A stretch of DNA of 63,413 nucleotides, filler included, from Octopus bimaculoides (GCF_001194135.2; 6 parts of 5 records of this genome joined end to end with filler, not necessarily neighbours in it); one strand, 5' to 3'. Positions 38,861-50,892 are shown, numbered from the whole stretch's first letter. Translations and numbers: made by a program. Notes: generated by a model not told the origin, from the letters alone.

Positions 38861-39413
38861 ATAGAAGTTAAATCACTAGAAAATTTGAAAAAATCATGCG
38901 AAAATTTGAAATACTTAAAGTCTGAAGAAATTTAGCATGATCACTTGTATGTAAATGTGCACGTGGATTTGAATATGAGTATGTGTGTACCTGTCTGGAT
39001 GAAACTAATTGCCAAATTATATTCTCTTGTTTATGTAGAAATGCGTCACGGAGTCTATGTGTTTAAATGCGAGTGTATGAGAATACCTTGTTTATATGTT
39101 TGAGAAGAGATCGATTGAAGAGAATTCTTGCAGTGAGTATAGACATTTTCAAACTCACCTCCACCCATTGATCCCTAAACAGGTTTAGCTGGAGAAATTC
39201 AATAAATGATGAGGGAACTATAAATAGATCAGATTTAAAAATACACCAGTCCCAGATTCCCTCTTTCACATTCATCTTTACTTTACCCCATCATTCAACA
39301 GTATTCTATTATAACAGACGGTCTTCGTGAAACATGACGTTTTCTTCACAACCCCATATTACTATCCCTACCTACCTACCGACCGACCTACATATACATA
39401 CATACATACAAAC

Positions 39414-39452
<39 letters not shown>

Positions 39453-40949
39453 CGTATGTATGTATGTATGTATGTATGTATGTATGTATGTATGTATGTA
39501 TGTATGTATGTATGTATATATATATATNNNNNNNNNNNNNNNNNNNNNNNNNNNNNNNNNNNNNNNNNNNNNNNNNNNNNNNNNNNNNNNNNNNNNNNNN
39601 NNNNNNNNNNNNNNNNNNNNNNNNNNNNNNNNNNNNNNNNNNNNNNNNNNNNNNNNNNNNNNNNNNNNNNNNNNNNNNNNNNNNNNNNNNNNNNNNNNNN
39701 NNNNNNNNNNNNNNNNNNNNNNNNNNNNNNNNNNNNNNNNNNNNNNNNNNNNNNNNNNNNNNNNNNNNNNNNNNNNNNNNNNNNNNNNNNNNNNNNNNNN
39801 NNNNNNNNNNNNNNNNNNNNNNNNNNNNNNNNNNNNNNNNNNNNNNNNNNNNNNNNNNNNNNNNNNNNNNNNNNNNNNNNNNNNNNNNNNNNNNNNNNNN
39901 NNNNNNNNNNNNNNNNNNNNNNNNNNNNNNNNNNNNNNNNNNNNNNNNNNNNNNNNNNNNNNNNNNNNNNNNNNNNNNNNNNNNNNNNNNNNNNNNNNNN
40001 NNNNNNNNNNNNNNNNNNNNNNNNNNNNNNNNNNNNNNNNNNNNNNNNNNNNNNNNNNNNNNNNNNNNNNNNNNNNNNNNNNNNNNNNNNNNNNNNNNNN
40101 NNNNNNNNNNNNNNNNNNNNNNNNNNNNNNNNNNNNNNNNNNNNNNNNNNNNNNNNNNNNNNNNNNNNNNNNNNNNNNNNNNNNNNNNNNNNNNNNNNNN
40201 NNNNNNNNNNNNNNNNNNNNNNNNNNNNNNNNNNNNNNNNNNNNNNNNNNNNNNNNNNNNNNNNNNNNNNNNNNNNNNNNNNNNNNNNNNNNNNNNNNNN
40301 NNNNNNNNNNNNNNNNNNNNNNNNNNNNNNNNNNNNNNNNNNNNNNNNNNNNNNNNNNNNNNNNNNNNNNNNNNNNNNNNNNNNNNNNNNNNNNNNNNNN
40401 NNNNNNNNNNNNNNNNNNNNNNNNNNNNNNNNNNNNNNNNNNNNNNNNNNNNNNNNNNNNNNNNNNNNNNNNNNNNNNNNNNNNNNNNNNNNNNNNNNNN
40501 NNNATATTTACATATGTATTTATATGTGTATTTACATATACATATGTATTCATATGTGTATTTATATATTCATATATGCATTTATATTTATATACGTATT
40601 CATATCTATATATATCTATATGCATATATATGTGTATATGTATTTGTATATGTATAAATATGCATGTGTGTATGTATGTATGTATATATATAAAACACAA
40701 GATTTAGTTGAATTAGGTACTTAATGGTCTGAGTGGTCAATAATATTAAGTGTATATCAGCCTTGGTGCATAAGTGCCGGCCACACGATATTCTTGCAGT
40801 GTCTGCAGATACCCAGCTGAGTGAAGAAATCCGCTCTTAGCTATTCAGAGATGTACCTTTATATTAAAAATACTGTGTATAATACTTACGGAGCGTAGAT
40901 TCCAGGATAGGTGAATAGAATATAATTGAGTAACAAAGAGGTACAGGTG

Positions 40950-41804
40950 TGTAGTGAATCATTGCAGGCATGAAGTGGATTCGATTTACTGTAGCCAAAT
41001 TCAAATTAACACTTCAACAGAACTTTTCTCACGGTGGAACAATAGTTTTTTTTTTTCTGTGACAGCAGTTTTACATTTTCCAGATTCCTTAGCTAGGCCG
41101 AAATAATGTCCTCACCACTTGACCTTTCTAACCTCTTCTACTCCACCAAAAGCTAGAACCATGATAACAAGACCACCAACTAAACCCATTCTTCTCAACG
41201 ATATGTCTATCCTTCTGGATAGTTATAAAAACAAGAACCCCAAACAAAAATCAGTGAGTCATTTGGTGACAACTCAGTGTGAACGGAGTCTGGTTGACAG
41301 GCTAAACAAACGCCGTCTCTAAAGAAAAGGGTACAAAGAGAACAACTATGGTAACTTACCGACGGAGCAGTTGTTTCGTCCCACAATCTCTCACTTTCAC
41401 TAACTTACTTTCTCTTCTGTGCACATTACCATATCTCTCTCTATGATTTACTACTACAATAAGAACATACAGGCCGAAATTAACTCTTTTTACTTCGCAT
41501 GCTCTGGGGTTTTATCTCCTGCCCGTCGAGGCAAGGTATATTCAATGTAACGGTAAAAAATAAATATTTTCTTCACAACTTCAATCACTGTTTTTTCATT
41601 TTTACATAATGGCAATCAACAAAGAGCCAATCTTTACAAACTGATAACGACTCCGACATTTCATATTGTTGTTTACAAATCAAACCTCAACCTCTATTGT
41701 ACACTAATTAACTTCAGCCGTTACAATTCTTTATCGTTACAACTGGTGAATCCGACGTTGCACCGTAACAGGCCTGGTTACAAAAATAAAACTTTATCAT
41801 TACA
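40950..41804 (+). repeat. 5' LTR (855 bp)
   Basis: Starts TGTAGTGAATC, ends TCATTACA; homologous to 43439-44212. Confidence 0.85.
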
Positions 41805-41806
41805 AT

Positions 41807-41817
41807 TGGTGACCCCG
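41807..41817 (+). promoter_or_regulatory. Primer-binding site for tRNA-Trp(CCA)
   Basis: TGGTGACCCCG, 2 nt after the LTR end, is the reverse complement of CGGGGTCA(CCA), the 3' end of the tRNA at 62776-62847. Confidence 0.92.
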
Positions 41818-43424
41818 TTGAAAAATAATAGCTGCCTTTTGAAGCTGCATTACCAACAACTTGGTGACCCCGTGTAAAGAGAATTGCTACCTTATGATGC
41901 TACATGCCGCTGCAATTTTGCTGACTTCGAACGAAAGAACTACAGTCTTCATATCAACAGTCGCTAGACCAAAGAAAAATAACGATAACCTTCGTCACCA
42001 TAAAGAAGCACCCTCCTTNNNNNNNNNNTTCATATCAACAGTCGCTAGACCAAAGAAAAATAACGATAACCTTCGTCACCATAAAGAAGCACCCTCCTTC
42101 TACCTGCTACAGAAAGCTCTAAACTGCGATGCAATCCAAAACAATGCAACACAGCCGACGCACAAGGAATTTGCCCACCACGGAAGCCAATAAATGCATC
42201 ATTTCGACAGCTACGTGCCCAGAAACTAACTGGAAGAAAAAAATGGAAGCCAACACACGCAACGTTTTCGACAACTATAGACTTGAACTTACTTTGTATG
42301 CACCTATTTTTGCATTTCAAATGCTACTTTTTAGCTTACCTGGACCAAAAGATTTTCTAACCAAGTTTGTCATTTTTGCTTCATTCATTTTGTTATGTTT
42401 GCTCTGCACACGCATTGTTCACCTGTTTTTATTACATGGTTTTTGCTAAATGTCCTCCTTTTGAATGTTTGCAACTTCTTTCTTCGCTTGCACTTTTCCT
42501 CATATATCTGCACATATGGTTCATGCACACGTGCTAACTCTGTCACATTCCTGCACCACACATGCCTTTCTCGCTTGTTTTTCATGCTCCCTGCGCTCTT
42601 ATAGACACAACTCATCCCTGTAAGACCCTAGGTCGGTCACGCATACATAGAGAAAGTTGTTTGTCTCTTACAATGAGCCAGTATGCCACACTTTCGCTCC
42701 TGCACGATCGAGGCATATATACCTCATGCACCGGCCTGCATATTCAGCACTGCCTTAATCACTGGCATATTCAATGCCGTACACTGTATTTGTAATCAAT
42801 GCACTAGCATTACTGCTTCAGCCTTGCGAGCCACTTTACACACATGCACACACACACGCACCTCTATTATGCACCTCTACTGCTTCGTTTTGCAACACGT
42901 CTGTGTCAGCTCAATTCTTTTCCCAACTTAAAGCACGTCATGTTTAGACATAATTTCCCCCTGTTTGGTCACAAAATTAACAGAGAAAATTATCTCTCTA
43001 GCGCATCACTCCGGCATTCTTACACTGTCGTCGTTGCTAACTCAGCAATTAACCACGACTACAGCACCAGACGCATTTCACTACGAAAAAACCTTCAAGG
43101 CATTTCACACTCTGCAACCCAGCAGGAAGATCTTTCATATCACGGGTTGAGAATACACTCACTCGCTCACCTGAGCTTATTTTACAGTCAATTTCGATAC
43201 GTGCACATGCACTCCTGCACACACGCGCTCATTTGCTGTACTACCCAGTCAATGACTGCACACGTTTTGGCACGCAAAGCGACACCGCTATTCGAACTAA
43301 TCCGAATAGAAAACTGTCCCGTATACACTTCAACGGTCCTCTCTCCTGATATGCAAAATTTCTCCTCTACCATGCATTTCTTTCTCTCCTTCGATTGTTC
43401 GTTTCCTTTCCTCGGAACCTCACT

Positions 43425-43438
43425 GGGGAGGGGAGTGA
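43425..43438 (+). promoter_or_regulatory. Polypurine tract
   Basis: GGGGAGGGGAGTGA immediately 5' of the 3' LTR. Confidence 0.9.
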
Positions 43439-44212
43439 TGTAGTGAATCATTGCAGGCATGAAGTGGATTCGATCCACTATAGCCAAGTTTAAATTAACA
43501 CTTCAACAGAACTTTCCCCACGGTTGTTTCTGTGACAGCAGTTTTACATTTTCCAGATTCCTTAGCTAGGCCGAAATAATGTCTTCACCACTTGACCTTT
43601 CTAACCTCTTCTACTCCACCAAAAGCTAGAACCATGATAACAAGACCACCAACTAAACCCATTCTTCTCAACGATATGTCTATCCTTCTGGATAGTTATA
43701 AAAACAAGAACCCCAAACAAAAATCAGTGAGTCATTTGGTGACAACTCAGTGTGAACGGAGTCTGGTTGACAGGCTAAACAAACGCCGTCTCTAAAGAAA
43801 AGGGCACAAAGAGAACAACTATGGTAACTTACCAACGGAGCAGTTGTTTCGTCCCACAATCACTTTAACTAACTCACTTTCTCTTCTCTGCACATTACCA
43901 TATCTCTCTCTATGGTTTACAACTACAATAACAACATACTACTGCAATAAGAACATACAGGCCGAAATTAACTTTGTTTTCTTCGCATGATCTAGGGTTT
44001 TATCACCTGCCCGTCGAGGCAAGGTATATTCAATGTAACGGTAAAAAATAAATATTTTCTTCACAACTTCAATCACTGGTCTTTCATCTTTACATAATGG
44101 TAATCAACGAAGAACCAATCCTTACAAACTGATTACGACGCCGACTTTCCATCCTACTGCGTATCAACTATCCTTTATCATTCTATCGTTACACAAAACC
44201 TTTACTGTTACA
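43439..44212 (+). repeat. 3' LTR (774 bp)
   Basis: Starts TGTAGTGAATC, ends CTGTTACA, followed by the TSD GGTG. Confidence 0.9.
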
Positions 44213-44666
44213 GGTGTATATATGTGTTGTTTTTTTAAATTCCGCTAAGGTACTGGTATAGAGCGGTAAGAAGAAAAAGAGATGACAGAAGAATAAGCGA
44301 TTATCTTGTGAATAGCATTGGCTTACAGCTGTTTCCGGTATTGGATGTAGTGTTCTCATAGTTGAGTGACTGAGTAACACCTTATAACTTCATAGGAGCC
44401 TCAAATATGAAATGCTATTTGAACTCTATTTTTGAGGCTAAGATGGAGTTCATAAGGTAATGGCTTATTCCTTTGTCATCGCTTTTCCAATGAGGTCTGT
44501 ATACATAAACGTATATAGAAGGACATAATTAACATGTGTATATAAATGTATGTGCATATAAATTTAAATAATAAGGGTGAAAAATTGAGTATTAATTTAA
44601 TTAATGTCAATTTAAAACCAGTGGCCTAACATATTGAAAAATCTGAAGATTCAGAAAAATTATATT

Positions 44667-44758
44667 ACATACATATAAGATGGATGACCACCAAGTGGAC
44701 GTCCATTATGCTAGAATAATGGATCTCCACTTAGTGGTCATCCCTCTTATATGTATGT
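44667..44758. repeat. Near-perfect inverted repeat (43-bp arms, 6-nt loop)
   Basis: 44667-44709 versus 44716-44758 match at 39/43; loop GCTAGA. Confidence 0.9.
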
Positions 44759-45324
44759 GCATATATGTAGTCTGTATTTACATATGTGTATATGTGTGTA
44801 TATATATGTGTGTGTGTGTGTTTGTGTGAGGGTTTGTTTGTGTGAGTGTTTGTTTGTGTGAGTGTGTGTGTATGTTTGTGCGCGTGTGTGTGTGTGCGTG
44901 CGCCTCTAATCAACTCTAATTTTTTTCATTGTAAAATAATTCTGCCATTTTTTTTGTATTTTGCTTTTGTTCCTCGCCTTATACCATCACACACACACAC
45001 ACATGCACACATACACACACGCACACACACATACACACACACACACCAACATATATACAGGTATGTATATATATATATGTGTGTGTGTGTGCGTGTGCAC
45101 GTGTGTGTGTGTGGGTGTATATTGATATATGACGGAGAGCTAAAAGGAAATAGTTACACAAAAAAGACAAATTACAAGACGTAACAAATAAGTTCATCAA
45201 AAAAGTTTTTAGCTTCTTTCAGAGAGAAATGGAAAGAGTTAATTGTAATAACGTTGTGAAGATTGTTTTCCGTGGGAATAGAGCAGTGAAGGGAGGAGGA
45301 AAACCAAGTCGAGGAGAAACCAGA

Positions 45325-45365
<41 letters not shown>

Positions 45366-47119
45366 ATATATATCCATTTATTTATATATATGTACGTACA
45401 TTCAGACAGGCATATACAGATACATACATGCATACATACATACATATATATACATACATACATACATACATACATACATACATACATAGGTACGTACATA
45501 TACTGACATACATACAAACCACACATACACCACACACACACACACACACACACNNNNNNNNNNNNNNNNNNNNNNNNNNNNNNNNNNNNNNNNNNNNNNN
45601 NNNNNNNNNNNNNNNNNNNNNNNNNNNNNNNNNNNNNNNNNNNNNNNNNNNNNNNNNNNNNNNNNNNNNNNNNNNNNNNNNNNNNNNNNNNNNNNNNNNN
45701 NNNNNNNNNNNNNNNNNNNNNNNNNNNNNNNNNNNNNNNNNNNNNNNNNNNNNNNNNNNNNNNNNNNNNNNNNNNNNNNNNNNNNNNNNNNNNNNNNNNN
45801 NNNNNNNNNNNNNNNNNNNNNNNNNNNNNNNNNNNNNNNNNNNNNNNNNNNNNNNNNNNNNNNNNNNNNNNNNNNNNNNNNNNNNNNNNNNNNNNNNNNN
45901 NNNNNNNNNNNNNNNNNNNNNNNNNNNNNNNNNNNNNNNNNNNNNNNNNNNNNNNNNNNNNNNNNNNNNNNNNNNNNNNNNNNNNNNNNNNNNNNNNNNN
46001 TATATATATATATATATATTATGTAGGTGTACACGCACTGGACTCGTATATACATGTACATAAATTTATATATATATACAGACACGTACATAAATAAACA
46101 TACATGTATATATGCATGCATGCATGCATACATACATACATACATACATACGTACACACACGCATACATACATACATACATACATACATGGATGCTTCTC
46201 TGTCCGTACTCGATGAGTTTTCAGTATTTCGATCAACTGAATTGTTTGTCCATTAAATAATCCTAAAGCAGAACCTGTGTCACAGTAGATGACAGGGCTG
46301 GATATTTGAATAACTGATTCAGTCCCCTCGACTATCTGCCGAGTTTCACTCACAAGGATTAGGTCGACCTGAAGGTATAGAAAATGGCATCTACTCATGA
46401 TGCGACGCAGTAGTATGGATCAGGGACTTCGTGCAGAGACACACATACACACAGATAGCCACCCCTCACACATTTAATAATAGATTCAGCTCCACATGTT
46501 TAAGTTTCGTGGACGCGCAAAACTCGCCCAACTCGTCGGATGGTGTGTATATGTATACAACTGTTTCGGCTAAACGATGTAGTCTGCTTATAGTTTGTTC
46601 CTGAGTGCCGTGTGTGTGCGCGCGTGTGTAATGTGTGCTTACGTGTATAGTCCAAAAGTATGTTTTATCAATTCCTATGTTCTTACATACATGCTTTCCC
46701 TCTCTCCGCCCCTGTACATGCATATATACAGCACGCAAAAACCGAGATTTGATAGGATCGTTACGAGATTGGATAGAATACCTTGCGGTATTAATTCCGA
46801 TTATTTGCGCCCTGATTGTAAACTCACACACCAGGGTAATTTTCAGGATCGATAAAATAAAGTACTGGTTGAAACAGATGGTGCGGTGAAATTTTTGGGG
46901 CTTTGAATGCCTTCTGATATCAGCTTTTTGCGTTCTGCATTGAAATTTCACCTACATGCCGGTAGAACCGCAACCCACAGATGGCCGGTGTGGATGTGCA
47001 GGCCTTCAATCAACAAAGGTAAACCGGCGACGGTATGCTGAGCCTTTGATCCAGCCTTGGATCAACAATAAAATTTATAGCATATGAATGTTATTCTTTG
47101 TTTTTAGAGATGCCTGAAT

Positions 47120-47298
47120 ACTCGTCCGGGCAATCATTCGGTATTGGTTGACGACGTCATTCACCCACACAACCTTCTCCCATGACAGATAAAGAGGCTA
47201 GTCCGAAAAAGAGGATAAATGACGTCGTCTCCTCATGCCGACACATTGTATACCAATACCGAAGGATCGCCCCCGCACGTGGCGTGTAGCGAACGAGT
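47120..47298 (-). other. Candidate structured RNA or cis-element of unknown class
   Basis: Helices 47128-47148/47252-47272 and 47150-47166/47213-47229; three A-C mismatches on + become G-U pairs on -. Confidence 0.4.
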
Positions 47299-47645
47299 GA
47301 ATCTTGTGCTGCTATTTAATACATATAAACCTTGAGAAATGTATTGAGTGCTCCTTTTCTTTCTTCTGCAATCAAACACACACACACTGGCACATGTATA
47401 TGATATGTGCGTAGGTGAACTGTATGTTCTGTGCATTCTGTGCGTTCTGTGTGTTCTGTGTGTTCTGTGTGTTCTGTGTGAGTTTGAATGATTTAGAGCG
47501 TGTGTATCTGTCCGTATGGTTGTGTATAAGCGTGCACATAAGTGCCTGTAGCTTTGTATAGTGTTCCACCAGGTGGTCATTCTTATATATCTTTCTCACT
47601 TTTTGATATGCATGTGTGAGTGTCTGCATGTGTTTGTTTTACACG

Positions 47646-47677
<32 letters not shown>

Positions 47678-48231
47678 TACACACACACACACTATATTTA
47701 TGAACATTTATAAGCCCGGCCCATATAAAGGCATAATTGAACATGAAATTTCAGCATCAATCAGTCATAATTGAACTGTTTAATCCTGGTGTACGAGTAT
47801 AGTAATTAATAAAGTCAGTAGAAAAACAGACAGATGAAATTAATTATCTGTGGAAACGGAACTTAATTAAAATGGCCCGCTCCTTTTATCAATGGATTTT
47901 GCTTACAATAATGACAACCCGGGCCTCGACTGGTGCCAAAAAAGCCATTAAAGGAAAATATAGATATAAAAGTGGTATAAATTTGAACCAGTAAGAAAAA
48001 AAATAACAAAATATTTGTGAACAAAATAAAAGTTAATAATTAGACCCAATCGGCCATTCATTCACTTCATCACCCACCCATCCATTTACGCTAACACCCA
48101 CTTGTCATTTTCTTTCTTTATTTCAGCTCTCTCTCCCCGATAACATGACCAACCACCTGTCAATGTGTGTATGGTAATCTGTATGTATCACTGTGCGTGC
48201 GTTAGTACATGTGTATGTGTGCGTGCGTGTG

Positions 48232-48307
<76 letters not shown>

Positions 48308-48599
48308 GCCAGTTTAAGGTCCTGGGACAGTTAAACAACAGCTATTACGCTTCCATTCAAAATAGAGAAGAACAGGCATCGAAGTTGCAGTAAATGTCGA
48401 AAATTTATTAAATTTTATGAATAGAATATTGGATTTGAAAATGAGAAGAGATTCTTACCGATTTTGTTCGTTTTTGTTGTCAGAAGTAGCCCCGACTGGC
48501 TGACAGTCGGTAGCTCCATCACTGAATTTATCCGTGTCTCCGTCTGTATATACACCAATGTAACAATTCCTATAAACACTGATAGATTTGTCAGAGTGG

Positions 48600-49100
48600 G
48601 CCAGTGTTTTTCACCTATGACAACGACCTGAATATATATCCCTCCCTGTCTTCTTCCAGATCGAAAACAACTGTAGTAGCCTGTCTATGATTCGGCGGCG
48701 TATAGAGATGAGGTGCTGATATAATTTTAATTCTATATTACAGCTGGGACAATCTCGCTAAAAGCCTGTGCAAACTATCGAATAGAAATACCTTAATAGA
48801 GAAATCTCTGTCTCTTTCAGTTTGTTTAATCCTACTTCCTTCGTGCTTTCTCCAAAAATTCTTAGATGCTCGATAAACACTGCAACAGAGTCTGCCTGTA
48901 TACACCAACCTCTCACGTTTACTTCCTATATGCAGCCATGCATTTGCCAGGAAAGAGGTCCATGTAAAGTGAAGTTATCTATGAGTATTGGCGTAGTGTA
49001 TGGAAGTGTATGTGGTGATCGGTCCTTCAGTTGCTATACCGTTCCACCGAGGAACAAGGTTCGCTGTAGAACATCGCTAAATACAGTCATACCTCGTTCT
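48600..49100 (-). mobile_element. Possible decayed L1/Tx1-type ORF2 C-terminal remnant
   Basis: Fragments IDNF...LSWQ...VRERL.Y.G and HL..IRRRIIDRL..FSIW resemble Tx1-type zinc-binding and C-terminal motifs; many stops and frameshifts. Confidence 0.3.
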
Positions 49101-50202
49101 GGCTAGACGTTCTGTTCTTCCTTCCTGACAATTTATCTCCTCTTTCTCTCTCTTCTCCTATCTGTCGTTCAGCATCTCATGGTAATTTTCGCTGCACTGT
49201 TATTCTTTCAGTGTGATTTCTATGTTAGCCTATGTTCGAACTTTTCTCTCCGAAATGTAGCTGCACTCGACGTGGTCACGATACACAGTGAAACTAATGA
49301 GGTGGCTTGCACGAGAATAACTTGCTGACTATATGGTAAGACGGTAACTTGGGTAGATGGAAGACGGATAGAGGCTGGTAAAATAAATACACGCCAGATG
49401 GTTGAATAGATGGGCTAATCACTATATAGATAAATAGGTTTAGCAAACAGGTTGGTTTCACTGAAGTATTAATGATAGAGTAGTGTCAGCTGCATAAGTC
49501 TAGTGATTATCAGTGTTTTCTTACAACTATTTCAGTTTGTTGCCGTGATGAATATCTGTAAGAAACGCCAGTCACATTTCTTTCCCTTCATTTTCCTTTA
49601 CACAATGACAACACCAGGCTTCAGAATTCATTAAAGGTGGGGAGAAACTGAGATTAGTGGATATCACTTTGATTGGATGATTATTCAAGAAAACTCTAGT
49701 TATTCACTGTTTCTTTAGTGTTACACGCACATGCACTCACAAGCATCCTCCTCCTCTCCCCCTCCCTCTCCCCTCTCTCTCTCGCACACACAGACTTTTG
49801 TGAAAAACAAACTCGTGGAGTGTCTGTACATATGTGCATGTGTGTGTATTGTACACACACATACACAGACACATATATATACGAACATATATATACATAT
49901 ATATGTGTATATATATATTTATATACATACATATATATACATATATATATGCATATATATACGTGAATATACATTATAAATACGCACATATATCTATAAC
50001 TATATGCATACACGTATATATGTATATATATATATATATATATATNNNNNNNNNNNNNNNNNNNNNNNNNNNNNNNNNNNNNNNNNNNNNNNNNNNNNNN
50101 NNNNNNNNNNNNNNNNNNNNNNNNNNNNNNNNNNNNNNNNNNNNNNNNNNNNNNNNNNNNNNNNNNNNNNNNNNNNNNNNNNNNNNNNNNNNNNNNNNNN
50201 NN

Positions 50203-50600
50203 GGCGCAGGCATGGCTGTGTGATAACAAGCTTGCTTACCAACCTCATGGTTTTGGGTTCAGTCCCACAGTGTGACACTTTGGGCAAGTGTATTCTACTA
50301 TAGCCTCGGGCCGACCAAAGCCTTGTGACTGGATTTGGTAGATGGAAACTGAAAGAAGCCTGTCGTATATATATATGTGTATGTGTGTGTGTGTATTTGT
50401 GTGTTTGTGTTTGTCCCGCCACCATCGCTTGACAACAAATGTTGGTGTGTTTATGAACCAATAACTAAGCGGTTCAGCAAAAGAGACCAATAGGATAGGA
50501 ACTAGGCTTACAAAGAATAAGTCCTGGGGTCGATTTGTTCGACTAAAGGCGGTGCTCCTGCATGGCCGCAGTCAAATGACTGAAACAAATAAACGAATGA
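50203..50600 (+). mobile_element. SINE family A, near full length
   Basis: GGCGCAGGCATGGCTGTGTG...GGTTCAGTCCCAC...GAAAGAAGCCTGTCG...GGTGCTCCTGCATGGCCGCAGTCAAATGACTGAAAC. Confidence 0.9.
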
Positions 50601-50811
50601 AAATATACATATTTATGTACGTATATATATGTATATATATATGTACGTATATATATGTATATATATATGTACGTATGTATATATATATATATTTACATAT
50701 ATATGTACGTATGTATATATATGTATATATATATATATATGTGTGTGTATATATACATATATACACACACACATATATATGTGTGTATATATATATATAT
50801 ATGTGTATATA

Positions 50812-50845
<34 letters not shown>

Positions 50846-50846
50846 C

Positions 50847-50892
<46 letters not shown>

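Larger units (their letters stand above)
40950..44212 (+). mobile_element. Complete non-autonomous Ty3/Gypsy LTR retroelement (CsRn1/kabuki-like), 3263 bp
   Basis: TG...CA termini. TSD GGTG at 40946-40949 and 44213-44216. Two LTRs, a tRNA-Trp PBS and a PPT. No intact gag/pol ORF in the ~1.63-kb interior. Confidence 0.92.

Noticed and set aside
41119-41322. 67-aa ORF duplicated identically at 43592-43795
   Set aside because: It lies within the LTRs, starts at a non-ATG codon and has no recognisable domain. The identity reflects LTR duplication.
41948-42099. 71-bp perfect direct repeat inside the LTR element
   Set aside because: The two copies flank a 10-N gap exactly, which is typical of an unmerged contig overlap.
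46995-47290. Similarity of GGATGTG and GGGCGATC words to 7SK or RNase MRP RNA
   Set aside because: The words are on opposite strands or isolated, the conserved 7SK/MRP regions are absent, and an internal T5 on the minus strand would stop Pol III.
48459-48720. Possible minus-strand exon(s): Ig-like TGYYSC, or CHR* read as a selenocysteine CxxU
   Set aside because: The motifs lie in different frames with stops, there is no SECIS evidence, and the region is better explained as a decayed LINE or by chance. It cannot be excluded without RNA-seq.
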